Part shown: piece by piece, positions 16,001-29,649 of the stretch
How positions within the stretch are numbered: position 1 is the stretch's first letter
Layout: each line of letters starts with the position of its first letter
Source of the DNA: the human T2T-CHM13v2.0 reference genome, Homo sapiens
Assembly (NCBI RefSeq): GCF_009914755.1
Contig: NC_060925.1
DNA: 64,000 bases
Strand: one strand, 5' to 3'
Notes under the pieces: generated by a model
Databases searched by the model: none
Seen by the model: the letters and a program-made list of their open reading frames with translations, nothing else
Told to the model about the DNA's origin: nothing
Translations under genes and position numbers: made by a program

Positions 16001-19000
16001 GAAACAAGTGAAAACAGAAACAAACACACCAAAACCTATGGTGTACAACAAAAGCAGTACTTAAGAGAATAGTTTATAGTAATAAACATCTGCATCAAAG
16101 AAGTAGATAGAAAGATTTTAAATTAATGATGTAATGATGCACCTCAAAAAACTAAAAAACCAAGAAAAAATCAAACCCAAAATTAGAAGGAAAGAGATAA
16201 TAAAGATCAGAGCAAAAGTAAACAAAATATCAACTAAAAATACAAAAGATCAACAAAAGAAAAAGTTGGTTTTTTGAAAAGATAAACAATATCCAAAACT
16301 ATTAGCTGAACAAAAAAAATAGGAGGCTCAAATAAAATCAGAAATGAAAAGGAGACATTACAACTAGTACCGCAGAAATATTTTAAAAAATCATTAGTTA
16401 CTGTTAGGAACAACTATATATCAACAATTTTGAAAACTTAGAGGAAATGGATGCATTCCTGGACACATAGAACCTATCAACATTAAACAAAAAATAAATA
16501 GAAAACCTAAGTAGACCAATAATGAGTAACAAGATTGAATCAGTAATAGAAAGTCTCCCAATAAAGTAAAGCCCAGAACCAGATGGCTTCACTGCTGAAT
16601 TCTATCAAACATTTAAAGAAAAACTAACATTAATTCTTCTCAAATTATTCCAAAAATTTGAATGAGAGAAAATTCTTCAAACTCATTCTACAAAGCCAGC
16701 ATAACCCTGACACTGAAATCAGACAAGAACACAGCAACAAAAGGAAAACTGAAGTACAATATTCCTAGTGAATAGAAATGCAAAAATCCTCAACAAAATA
16801 CTAGCAAACCAAATCTTAAAACACATCAAAATATTTTTATACTATGATCAAATAGTATTATTCCAGGAAAGAAAGGATGGTTCAACTTGTGCAAACAATA
16901 AACATAATATATCAGATCAATAGGATGAAGTACACAAACCGTACGATCATTTAATAGATGCAGAAAATGTAACTATTTCTTTATGATAAAATATCTTAAC
17001 AAATTAGGTGTAGAAGGAATCTGCCTCAATACAATAAAGGGCACACATGACAAAACCACAGCCAGCATTATAATGAATGGGGAAAAGTTGAAAGCTTTTG
17101 CTCTCAGAGCTAGAAGAAGACAAGGATGTTCACTTTCAGCACTCCTTTTCAATATAGTACTGGAAGTCCTAACCAGAGCAATTAGGCAGGAGTAACAAAG
17201 AGAGGGCATCCAAATTGGTTAGGAGAAAGTCAAATTTTATCTGTTTGTAGATGATATGATCTTATATATAGAAAAACCTAAAGACTCCATTTAAAAACTC
17301 TTAGATTTGATAAATAAATTTGGTAAAGTTGCAGGATACCTAATTAACACACAAAAATAGTAGTGTTTCTATATACCAATAATGAATGAGCTGTAAAAGA
17401 AATTTAAAAGGAATCCCATTTACAACAGCTACAGAAAAAAAACCTAAGGATAAATTTAACAAGGGAGATAAAAAAATCTGTATAATATATATATAATACT
17501 GATAAAAGAATGTGAAGAGGACACACACACAAATGGAAAGACACCCCATGTTCATGGATTGGAGGAATTAATATTATTAAAATGACCATACTATCTAAAG
17601 CAATCTACAGATTCAATGTTATTTCTATCAAAATTCAATAACATTCTTCACAGAAATGGAAAAAAACAATGCTAAAATTTGTATAAAACCACAAAAGACC
17701 CCAAATAGCCTAAAGCAATTTTGGGCAAAAAGAATAAAGTGGCAGGCATCACAATATAGTCTTTCAATAATGCTGCTGGGAAAACTAGATATCCATATTC
17801 AGAAGATTAAATGAGAGCCCAATCTAGCACCATATTTTTAAAAAAAATGTGAAATGGATTAAAGACCTAAACATAAGAAGTACTAGAAGAAAACATAGGG
17901 AAAATGCTTCCGGAATTGGTCTAGGCAAAGATTTTATGGACAAAGCCCCGAAAACAAAAGAAACAAAAGTAAAAACAGACAAATAGGATTATATCAAACT
18001 AAACAGCTCCTGTACAGCAAAGTAAACAATCAACAGAGTGAAGAAACAACCTGAGTAATGAGAGAAAATACTTCTGAACTATTCATCTGACAAAGAATTA
18101 ATATGCAGAATATACAAAGAACTCAAACAATTCATAAGAAAAAAAAACCCACCCTAAATTGTCTAATTTAGAAAGAGGAAAATGATCTGAATAGACATTT
18201 CTCAAAAGAACATATACAAATCAACAACAGGTATATTTTAAAATGCTCAACATTACTAAACATCTGAGAAATGCAAATCAAAACCACACTGAGATATCAT
18301 CTCACTCCAGTTAGAATGGCTATCATCTAAAAGACAAAAAAGAAATTGCTGACAAGGATGTGGAGAAAAGGGAACTCTTTTATACACTTTTGGTCTGAAT
18401 GTAAATTTGTATGATTATGAAAAATGGTATGGTGTTTCCACAAAACCTGAAAATAGAACTACCATGTGATCCAGCAATCCTACTACTGGGTATATATTCA
18501 AAAGAAAGGAAACCAGTATGTCAGAGTGACATCTGCTTTCCCATGTTTATTGCAGCACTCTTCACAATAGTCAAGATATGAAATCAATCTAACTGTCCAT
18601 CAAGAGATAAATGAATAAAGAAAATGTGATGTATGTGTACAATGGAATACTACTCAGCCATAAAAAATGGAATATAATTCAGCCATAAAATATGAAATCC
18701 CATTGTTCATGGCCACATGAATGAGCCTGATGAACATTATGTTAAGTGAAATAAGCCAGGCAAAAAAAGATAAATACTGCGTATTCTCTCTCACATGTGA
18801 AAGCTAAAAAAATTGATCTAAGTTGATCTCATAGAAGTAGAGAATAGAATAGTGGTTACTAGAGGCTGCAAAAGGTGGAAGGGAGGTGGGGATAGGAAGA
18901 AGTTGGTTAATGTATACAGAATTACAGCTAGATAGGAGGAATAATTTCTAGAAGTGTTCTATAGCACTGTAGGGTGACTATAGTTAAGAATAATTTATGG

Positions 19001-19180
19001 TATATTTTTAAATATCTAGAAGAGAAGATTTTAAATGTTCTCAACACAAAGAAAAGACAAATGTTTGAGGTGGTAGATATGCTAATTGCCCTGATTTTAT
19101 CATTACACATTGTATACATGTATTGAAACATCACACTGTGCCCCATAAATATGTACAATTATTATATAGTAATTGAAAAT
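13040..19180 (+). mobile_element. Near full-length decayed LINE-1 (L1MA4/5-like 3' end, L1M2-type 5' region)
   Basis: GC-richer 5'UTR to ~14100; ORF1 remnant from ATG AAA AAG CAA near 14133; ORF2 remnant from ATG GCA GGA GTA near 15186; RT segment [31 protein letters not shown] (16983-17195); L1MA 3'UTR; many stops and frameshifts. Confidence 0.95.
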
Positions 19181-19339
19181 ATTTTTTAAGTCTTTTTTGA
19201 AAATTTCCAAACAATACAATAGCAACTCAAAGTGCTATTAAAAAAAAAAAGAGAAAATTTCCAAACTAAGAGTGTTTGTAACAAAAGAGATGATATCTTT
19301 ACCACTAAAACCTCAAATTATCAGTAACCTCACACTGAT

Positions 19340-19610
19340 TAGAAATAGATTGACTGTATGGGATAGTACAAAATAACTGGCTTAACCAAGATAAAATGTA
19401 CTATTCTCTTATATAACAGAAGTCCAGAAATAGATATTCCGGGAATGGTGTTGCATCTCCACAGGGCTGAGAGCCCAGGCTTCCTCTTTCTTGCTGTTCA
19501 CCATCTGCCTCCCAGCAAGGAGGAAAGAGAGAAATACAAGTACCTTCCCTGAAAACACCATGGCTACTTACAACACGTTGGCCAGAGCTTAGCCCCATGA
19601 CCCTCCATAA
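19340..19610 (-). mobile_element. Old MaLR LTR fragment (MLT1J/K-like)
   Basis: tggcttaaccaagata...agaagtccaga...ttggccagagcttagccccatg. Confidence 0.55.
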
Positions 19611-20214
19611 TAGAACAGTGATATATGTCAGTAGTTAGAAAAGCTTCAACAATGTGATAAACCCCTAATACTTTACTGGACAAACCCTGGCCAGTGTATG
19701 TGAGTTATCAACACCTTTTCCCAGTAATCTTTCTGAAGCTTCCTGACTTATAACTACAATCTCCACCTTTTCCTTCCCTGGTGAGTAGAACCAAGCCTTT
19801 TTTGCTTTCTGCTATTAAACACAGGGACCTCTGTCCCTCGGTCATCACAAGCAATTCCTAGAATGGTTCTTAAATTAAACTCCTCATGAAAGAAAGCCTG
19901 GAATTTTGATATATTCAGGAACAAATAAAAATCTTAATTTAAAATCTGATTTTTATATCTTTCTTCACCACAATACCTAGACCCATGCATTATTAAGAAA
20001 TGTAGTCATTATTCCCTCTGTCCATAGATTCTATTACTAAAGAAGAAAGAAAAGATTAACACTGGGAAGTAACCACCAGTGTTTTCTATATCTACACCCT
20101 CATGGCCTTTCCTTGTTATAATTCAAATAAAGGCAACAATAATAGAGTCCTTCCTTGTGATGCATCTGATGACAAATCCTGTATGATATACCAAATTCAA
20201 TAGGATATTCAAAA

Positions 20215-20520
20215 GAGCACAAATCTCAGCATGTCCCTTACCTGCTTAAATCCTGTCCACGCCTCCTCAACGCCCTTCAGAATAAAGAGACATATGACAT
20301 ACAAGGCCATCTCTGAATTGTCTACGTCCACCCCTAACTCAAGTCTCGTCACTACTTCCATTCTTTGCTCCAATCTCGTCCCTGTGTCTGTCCTTAGCGT
20401 CATCACTTGCAATTCCTCACAACTACCCCGTATTTGGGCCCCTCAGCCCTGGCACATGCTGGGGCCTCTGTCTAGAAGCTCTTTCCTGTTCCTTGGCTGA
20501 GTAACCACCATCTCATCACA
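20215..20520. mobile_element. L2 remnant
   Basis: cctgcttaaatcc...cttcagaataaa...acaaggccatctctgaa...cagccctggcacatgctg are typical L2 motifs. Confidence 0.55.
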
Positions 20521-21260
20521 GACCCTCAGTTGTAGACTACACTCGAATGCTCAAGAAAATCACCCTGCTTTTTTGTATGAGGGGGAAATGGTGCCCTTCA
20601 CCAAGCTATTGACCCTGGAGAATCGAATCCCATGTGAGCACTTCCTGGATATAGCAGCCATGAAACGAGAATGTGACTCCTTCATCATTTTGGTAAACTT
20701 CTCAGTCATAGCAGGCATAAGGCAGAGGTAGGGCTGGATAATAAGACGTGGTGGGGAGTGGCTGAGTGCTTCATAATCCCTCGCTTGCAAATCCAGAATC
20801 CAAAATGATATGAACACCAATTTTTTTTTTGAGATTCATTGGACAGCAAAATCTCACCTCACCTGAACTCATTTGGCAGCAAAAACTGACTTGAAGTAAT
20901 ATGAGGCTACTTGTAATCTTTATTCCAGTTGGTGTGGATATTATATATGAATGTGTTTGATTTCAGTGTGTTGAATCAGGCATTGCTGCGAGTGAGAGAA
21001 GAATACGCACACATTTTAGAGAAAGCAGCAGGGAAGGAATTGACCCTGTGGGAATGTAAAGTAAGATCTTTGACCAAAAGATTCACGTCCACCCTTTACT
21101 ATGTGATTTGGTATCAATGTCCCCTGGCTGCATCTTTGTCTTTTACTCTTCAGAGTGAGTTTGTTTGCCAATCAGACAATGCAAAATGTGTTGAGAAGTG
21201 AAACTTATTTTGGGAAATCCTGGGTGTTTTAGTCCCTGGGGGCCAATGGTCAGCTCCAAT

Positions 21261-21567
<307 letters not shown>

Positions 21568-23064
21568 CAGCTCCAACTCTTTCAGTTTTCGCTGAGTCCC
21601 CATGCCCTGCCCTGGGGGTGCTCCAACATATCAGGCAGGCATGCGGGTTTGCAATTCCTATAAGTTTGCTTGCTTTCTGGGATATGCTCCATACTTGCAA
21701 AGAGGGGGGAAAAGCGCCTTTCTAAATATTCACATGGCTAGAGACTTACTTTAGGTCTTGCATGCTTCATTAACAGTGCTCCATTACATTCATAGAATAA
21801 ATGATGTGCTAACTGCATTAAAAGCAACCTTATACATTTAAAAATCAATATATTTCAGTACAGCCTCTAGAAGCAAAAACCTTTTTATAGATTTACTCAT
21901 GTGCAGAGACGTGGTGTATGTTTTCTTGAACCTGGCAGTATGTGACCAAAGCAAAAACGATTAACATATTATTAAGCTATCACACAAGGACAGCTATGAG
22001 ATTAAATTAGAGCTGTAATCCTATTTCTTCTGATTTCTGTGATTTCCAGACTTTAATTACTTACTCATCTTAAGGAAATGAGATATTTCAGATAATAAAC
22101 AATGATTATCACAGTCAAATATTTGCTAATATTTGGTATAGTTATTCCCAATTTATTATTAAGAATAGCTACTTAAAAAGTCAGAGAAAAATTCCAAATC
22201 TGCATAAGGCTGGCATAGTGCCCAGGAAATGAGCTGTTTGCTCAGAGGTAGCTTTAGCTTTTTCAAGAAATGTGTTCATTCCTTCAACATACACTTCCTG
22301 AATCTTTACCACATACCAAGCACAGAATTGAATATTGGAAATAAAACAATAAACTAGACACTATCTTCTCCCTTGAGGAAGTTGAACTTGAAAACATTGA
22401 AAACAAGAATAGAAGGAACAGAACACCTTTAGGACTTAATGATGCGCTGTCCTTGTACTATATTTTAATTTTCTATTAAAGTGTGGTGTCCGTGTCTTGT
22501 ATCTTTTCTACTAGTTCCCAGAATAGTTTTGGGCTTACAGAACAGTTGGGATAATTAATTGAAAGGCAAAAAGTGTAATAAATTCACCATTAAGTGAACT
22601 ACAGGGAAAGCCCCTAAAGGCAGACAACGTTTTTCTTTTTCTTTTTTTCTAACTGTTCATCTCACATAAAACTTGCCTAGTACTCCAGAGAGCTCTCAAA
22701 AATACTGATGCTGTGAATGAGCTGGGGTTTTTCTGTTATTTTTTTCTTACAGCTAGATTGCTAAACCCTATCTTTATGCACACAGGGTTCTGTGATGGTA
22801 CTACTAGATTTTTTATGTATGCACTCTGCTGGGTTACCATGGTGATTATAACTTATCACTGCCTTCCCGTTATTTTGTTTTCTAGCTTCAATATAACCGC
22901 TTCTGTGTTCCATATGTGGAAAAAGAGTTGGCAATACAATGACAGGTCACTGTTCAAACCCCAGCACCATTTTAAAACTAAGAAATAACATTTTAAATTG
23001 TGATGCCATGTCTTTATAATGTCTTTTAATCCCCAAAGTTGGTTTTCATCTATAATTTTACACA

Positions 23065-23200
23065 CAGGCATACCGTCTTTTATTGTGCTTCACAGATACT
23101 GCATTTTGTGTGTGTGTGTTTTGCAAATTGAAGGTTTGTGGCTACCCTGCATTGAGCAAGTCTATTGGCGCCATTTTTTTCCAACAGCGTGTGCTCACTC
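23065..23200 (+). mobile_element. Tigger1 terminal fragment
   Basis: caggcatacc...aaattgaaggtttgtggctaccctgcattgagcaagtctattggcgccatttt matches the Tigger1 end. Confidence 0.85.
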
Positions 23201-23959
23201 TTCTCTTGCACCTTCAATCGTTATGTTGCTTTTAAAACTCCAAAATAGGAGCAAGCCAGGATGATAGTATGTGGTGAAGGGGATTGTCATAAAAGAGAAC
23301 AAATGGAGTATGCGTTCTTCTTGGATGGCAGCCTGTAAGAAACTAAGATGGCTTGACATGTTTTAATATAAATGGATTCAGATTTGCAAACTTCAAAGGC
23401 AAAGCAATTTCCTCTGCAGTAAAATGCAGCCATATTTAAAGTAGATCATTCTTTTTTTATAGTTAAGAATAAGGAAAATAATTTCAAGATAGAACAACAA
23501 ATTAAAAGTTTAATGTCCTGGTTACAACATCAGACTAACTCTGCTTTTAATATTACCTTTTTGGGAGTTCCTCATTTCTCAGTTTCAGCATAGAAAAACA
23601 AATTAGTGTAGATTTAAGAGATTTTAATCAAAGAAATGCAAAAGGAATGGAAGAGGGGAAATGAGGTGAGAAAGTAAGGAGGAGAAAAAATAAAGAAATG
23701 CAGAATGAGGAATTTATAGGTTGCATCACTCAGCTTAATGCCTTCCGTTAATAGTGTACCTTGATTAATACTTATTTCTCTGTTGCTTCTTCACAATCAG
23801 GAATCAAGCATAAGTTATCTGACATAAATATAGTGACAAACATTCCCCTAACACCTGCCCCAGGCTTGCAATATAGAGCTACATAATAAATGTTTCAATA
23901 CTTTGGAGCAGAGATTTTTCAGATCGTTCCGTTAGATGCTGCAGTTTCCAGGTATAGTC

Positions 23960-24190
23960 ATAATAATAGCTAATACCTGTGTAACTCTTACTGTGTCCAA
24001 GTCCTCTTCTAAGAACTTGCTATGTATTGTGTCTGTTAATACTTAAACAAGCCTGAGAGATAGGTATACTAGTAGCATACCCATTTCATAGATAAGGAAA
24101 GCAAAGCACAGAGCAATTAAGGTTAAGTAGTAAGTAGCAGAGTTGGGGGTCCTGCACCAGTATCCTTGCTCTGAACCACAGTGCTACACT
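23960..24190 (-). mobile_element. MIR
   Basis: taatagctaatacc...cccatttcatagataaggaaagcaaagcacagag. Confidence 0.7.
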
Positions 24191-24205
24191 CACTCTCAAG
24201 GTTTG

Positions 24206-24340
24206 TCCCAGCACTTTGGGAGGCTGAGGCGGGAGGACGGCCTGAGCTCAAGAGTTTGAGACCAGCCTGGGCAACATGGTGAGACCTCGTCTCCAAAAAT
24301 TAAAATTAAAATTAAAAAACAAATAAAAAAATTAATAAAT
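24206..24340 (+). mobile_element. 5'-truncated Alu monomer (FLAM/AluJ)
   Basis: tcccagcactttgggagg...gagacctcgtctc followed by an A-rich tail. Confidence 0.85.
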
Positions 24341-25511
24341 AAAAGAAGGTTTATTTGATAGGCATTCCCCAGCTTTGGGTCCCAATATTGTAGTATTGGA
24401 TTCCAGAATACAAGTGTAATGAAGAAACATAAGAGAGCTCAAAGAGGTCTGAAAAGCAAGATCGATCATGAGAAAGTTGACTTATATTTATTTAAAAATT
24501 TCCACAGTGATTTGGCTTTGCACGGCATGAGGCTCTGACAATGATCTCTCTTTACCTGTCAAGGAAATTGGAGGTATGAGCAGTGTATATAAATATTTAG
24601 GAGGAAAGCTGAGGAGAACACCCAGAGTGGACAATCAGGAGTATATTCTGTGAAGGAAATCCTATTTCTCTAGGATCCCTAGGCTCTTTATATCTTGACC
24701 ATTTTAGTGTGTAAGAGTGCTGCTAAATATAATCAGGGGTATTCACAGGACATACTTTTTCACACCAGACAAACACTGTTTTAGGCATTTTAGGGAAATG
24801 CTTCACTAAAGATACACACTGTTTTAGGCATTTTAGTGGAATGCATTTAGTGAAAGAATTGTAATTCTTAATTCCCAGAAAGGGTTGATAGAGGGTGAGT
24901 TCCAGAAAGGCTTGGGTTTCAGTACTCAATAACTGATGTATGGGCTACTTATTATGTGTAAGGTACAGGTAGAAATTGAGGGACACAAAACCCAGAGGCT
25001 TCAAGGAGCTTATATCCACATATGAGGAACTTATGTACTGTCTAAAATTGTGTACACTGTATAAACATGTATTACTTAAAAAATTAAACCTGCTTTTGGT
25101 TCTATTTTAATATTTGAAAATTTAATCAGCATTTAGAGGGGGTTGGTAGAACAGCCATTTTGCTCAATTGAGACCTCTGCTTACCCCTTGGATTCTTATA
25201 AAAGATATAACTTATTCAAATAACAACAACTGAAGATGAAATGACTGAAATTGCCCTCTTGGATCTTTCTCTCTAAGGTCCTACAGATTTATAGTTTGTA
25301 TCTTGAAACTTAGCACTCAGTTCTGTATCACATTTTGTTACCTGTTTCTTAGTTTTTCCCCCCAAATAAATTTTAAATGCCCTGATTTCAGAGACCATGT
25401 CTTATACTTCTGCAATATTTATAAAAGTAGGGCTTCTGTGCTTCAGTCTCAGAAAGTATTAGACCTGAAGGTTGTTGTGTAAAGTCCACACACACACACA
25501 AAAGTCTTTTC

Positions 25512-25866
<355 letters not shown>

Positions 25867-26129
25867 ACAGAAAGTATTTTCAATTAACCTGTCTTTTGCC
25901 TCTGTTGATTAAATACCATGAAGGAAATACAGTCTTCAGCCATTTTTTTTAATGCTCCCTTTGTTTCTCTCCCATCCCTGCCATCCCACATCACTACAAT
26001 TTCTGCATCTCTTAAATAAAAGACAAACAAAATTCTTAATTCTAACTCAATTCTAACTTTTGCATACATATGTCAAAAGACTTTTCTTGTCTTCTTTCTT
26101 TCCCCTTCCTTTTCAAAGTCAAAATAAGA

Positions 26130-26820
26130 TTCACATAACCACAAAACCCACCCTTTTAAAAAGCGTACAATTTAGCAGATTTTAATATATTTGCAAAGTT
26201 GTGCAACTATCACCACTATCTAATTCCAGGACATTTTCATTACCCCAAAAAGTAGTCTTGCCCCTATCAGCAGTCACTCTGCATTTTCCCTCCTCTAGTC
26301 CCTGGCAACCACGATTCTACTTTCTGTCTCTATGCGTATGCCTATTCTGGACATTTTATATACATTGAACTGAATCAAAAACATATGGTCTTTCATGCCT
26401 GCCTTATTTCATTCAGCATAAGGTTCTCTTTTCTTTTTTTTTAACTTTTATTTTAAGTTCTACATGTGCAGAATGGGCAGAATTGTTACATAAGTAAATG
26501 TGTGTCATGGGGGTTTGTTGTTTAGATTATTTCGTGACACAGGCATTAAGCCTAGTACCCATCAGTTATTTTTCCTGATCCTCTCCTTCCTCCCACCCTC
26601 CACCCTCCAGTATGCCCCAGTGTGCACTGTTTCCCTCTATATGTCCATGTGTTCCCATCGTTCAGCTCCCACTTATAAGCGAGAACACAGCCTAATGCTT
26701 TCAAAGTTAATCTATCATGCAGTATGTATCACTATCTCATCCCTTTTTATGATTACATAATATTCTATTGTAGAAATATTTTACTTATTCGTGCATCAAT
26801 GGATGGACATTTGGATCATA
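26130..26820 (-). mobile_element. L1MB-type 3'UTR fragment split by a younger L1
   Basis: ttgtgcaactatcaccactatctaattccaggacattttcattacccc; gatggacatttgg. Confidence 0.8.
26430..26687 (-). mobile_element. 5'-truncated L1PA (L1PA13-15-like) 3' end
   Basis: aacttttattttaagttc...cctcccaccctccaccctc...ctcccacttataagcgagaaca; approximate TSD cagcataagg/cagcctaatg. Confidence 0.88.
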
Positions 26821-27360
26821 CTTGCATTATTTTTTACATAAAATTACTAAATTATATTAGTTGTCTGTTGCCTCATATCAAATTGCCCCCAAACTTAGCA
26901 ATTTTAAACAACAAATATTAATTATCTCACATAGTTCTCTGAGGGTCATAAATCTTAGCTAAGTGGTTCTGGCTCAGTGTCACTCATGTGGGTTCGGTCA
27001 AGTTGTGACCTGGAGCTGCAATCCTCTGAAGAAGTCATCATGAAGACCCACTCACATGGCTGTTGTCAGATCTCAGTTCCTTGCTGGTGGTTGGACAGAG
27101 GCTTCAGTGACTCCCCACATAACCTACTATACTCCACCTCCTGCTCCTCAAATGTTCACATTTGTTCCATGTGCAAAATATGCTTCCTTTAACACAATAT
27201 CCCCAAAATTTGCAGCCCATTGCAGCATCAACTTAAAGTCCAAAATCTCATCTAAATTATTTAAGTCAGATATGGGTGAGACTCTGGATATGAGCTATCA
27301 TAAGGCAAATTTTTCTCCATTTGTGGGCCTGTGACACTAGAAAATATGAGAAAATATTTG

Positions 27361-27574
<214 letters not shown>

Positions 27575-28618
27575 TAAAATGGTACAGGTATGAATACCAG
27601 TTACAAGCATTCCTGTTCAAAAAGGGGAAAAATGGAAAGAAAAAAGGAATCATCAGTCCCAAGCAATTTCAAAATTAAGCTGGGAAAACAACATTAGGTT
27701 TAAGTCCTTCAGATAAACCTCTTTGGTTCACAACTCTGCCCTCTGGGCTTAGGGTTTTACCCTCTGGACTATCAGCTCTGCCCTCTGAGTTATCCTTTGC
27801 AATGAAGGCTAGCACGTGTTTGCAGCTGAGTAGTTTTACGGCCTTCTTTCTACCTGTAGACTTTTAGGAGTCCAATAGCCTTTCATTTCACGCTGTCTCC
27901 TTCAGTCTAAGTTGGCAGTGTTTTTGCTGGTATAAAATTCTCAAGGACAATGTGAGTCACTGGTATATGTCATGGAGATTTACTCATTAGACAAGAGGCT
28001 CATCCACAGGTCGTTTCTAGATAACCCCATATCTACTTTTGGCTTCTGCTGAGATAGCTAAGGAAATCCATGAATCACATGCCTTCTTCCTTCGAAGATA
28101 TTTTGTTCCTTCCAAACCACGAGGGAAATGTTGTCCAGCTACTCCCCTGATTTGCCCTCCAGAGCAAGCTTTCCTGTGATTCTTTGAAGTTTAGCATCTT
28201 TCATAACCTAGAATGACTGGGAATTTTCCAAATCATCAAGTGCTGATTTCTTTTGGGTTAACAGTTCTCTTTCCTCTCACATTTTATAATGAAAAGCAGA
28301 GAGAAACCAGGCTGCATATTCAATACTTTGCTTGGGAATATCCTCAGCTAAATATCCAAGTTCGTAACAAATTCTGTTTTCCACATAACTGTAGAATGTA
28401 GTTCAGCTTAACATTCTACCACTATATGACAAGGTTGTAATTTCCTCCAGTCTCATTGTATTCATTTCTTCCTGAACCCTTATTAGCAATGCTTTAGCAT
28501 CCATATTTCCACCGATAGCCTGTTTATGACAATTTCTATATTCTATAAGACATCATAGGTTTTCTCCACCATCCTGCTCACTTCTTTCTCAGTCCTCACT
28601 AGCAGTCATTACATTAAT

Positions 28619-28961
28619 ATTCAGAATGAAGAAACACTTACAAGTGTTTGTTATCAGGCTAGTATGACTCTGACACAAAACTAGAAAAGGACATTACAAT
28701 AAAGAAAAATTATAATGCCAATATTCCTCAGAAACACAGATGCAAAATAACAGTAAATCAAATCCAGCAATGCATAAGAGGATAATTTCTTATGATCAAG
28801 ATGCATTTATTCCAGGAATTCATAACATAAAAGAATCAATCAATGCTATTATGTTAGTAAGATAAAGAAAAAAATTATAGGATCATTTTAATAGATACAG
28901 AAAAGGTATTTCACAAGTTCAACACCTTTTCATGATGAAGTTTCAGAATAAACTAGGAATA
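28619..28961 (+). repeat. L1 ORF2 fragment; inverted copy of 30085-30424
   Basis: Reverse complement of 30085-30424 aligns end to end; no poly-A or TSD. Confidence 0.9.
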
Positions 28962-29147
28962 GTTTCCTAACAGCCTGGTGAAGGCACTCTAGGCTTTTTC
29001 TATAATGTCCCTTAAAATTCCTTCATCCTCTACCCACTGCCTAAGTCCAAAGATCTCTCCATAATTTTAAATATTTGTTACAGCAGCAACAAAAGTATAC
29101 AGTATAGAGTATTGGTATCAAAAGTATGGCGTATTGGAACCAAGATC

Positions 29148-29644
29148 TATGTTAGTTTCCTATTGCTGCTGTAACAAATTACCACAAGCATAGTGGCTTA
29201 GAACAACAAACATTTATTATTTTACAGGTTTAGAGGTCAGTAGTCCAAAATAGGTCTTACAGAGCTAAACTCAAGGTAGCAGCTGAGTTGCATTCTTTTT
29301 GGAAGTTCTAGGCAACAGTTTATTTCAGTGCCTTTTCTGGCTTCTAGCAGCCACCTGAATGCTTTGATTCATGGTCTCCTTTTTCTATCTTAAAAGCCAG
29401 CAATGTAACATCTTCCTGACCCTACTTCTACCCTCATATCTCTTTCAGTAACCAGGTTCTCTGATTTTAAGGACTCATGTGACTAGACTGGGACCTTCTG
29501 GATAATGTAGAGTAGTCTTTCCATCAAAAAGTCTGTAACTTTATCACATCTGCAAAGCCCCTTTTGCCATGTAAGGCATTAACTCACAGGTTCCAGGGAT
29601 TCTGACATGAACATCTTTAGGAGGCCATTGTTCTTTCTACCATA
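29148..29644 (-). mobile_element. MLT1D-like LTR
   Basis: gttagtttcctattgctgctgtaacaaattaccacaa...cacatctgcaaagccccttttgccatgtaagg...ctaccata. Confidence 0.85.
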
Positions 29645-29649
29645 ACATC

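Noticed and set aside
20770-20990. Possible ancient DNA transposon remnant
   Set aside because: It looks repeat-like, but I could not assign a family or find TIRs with confidence.
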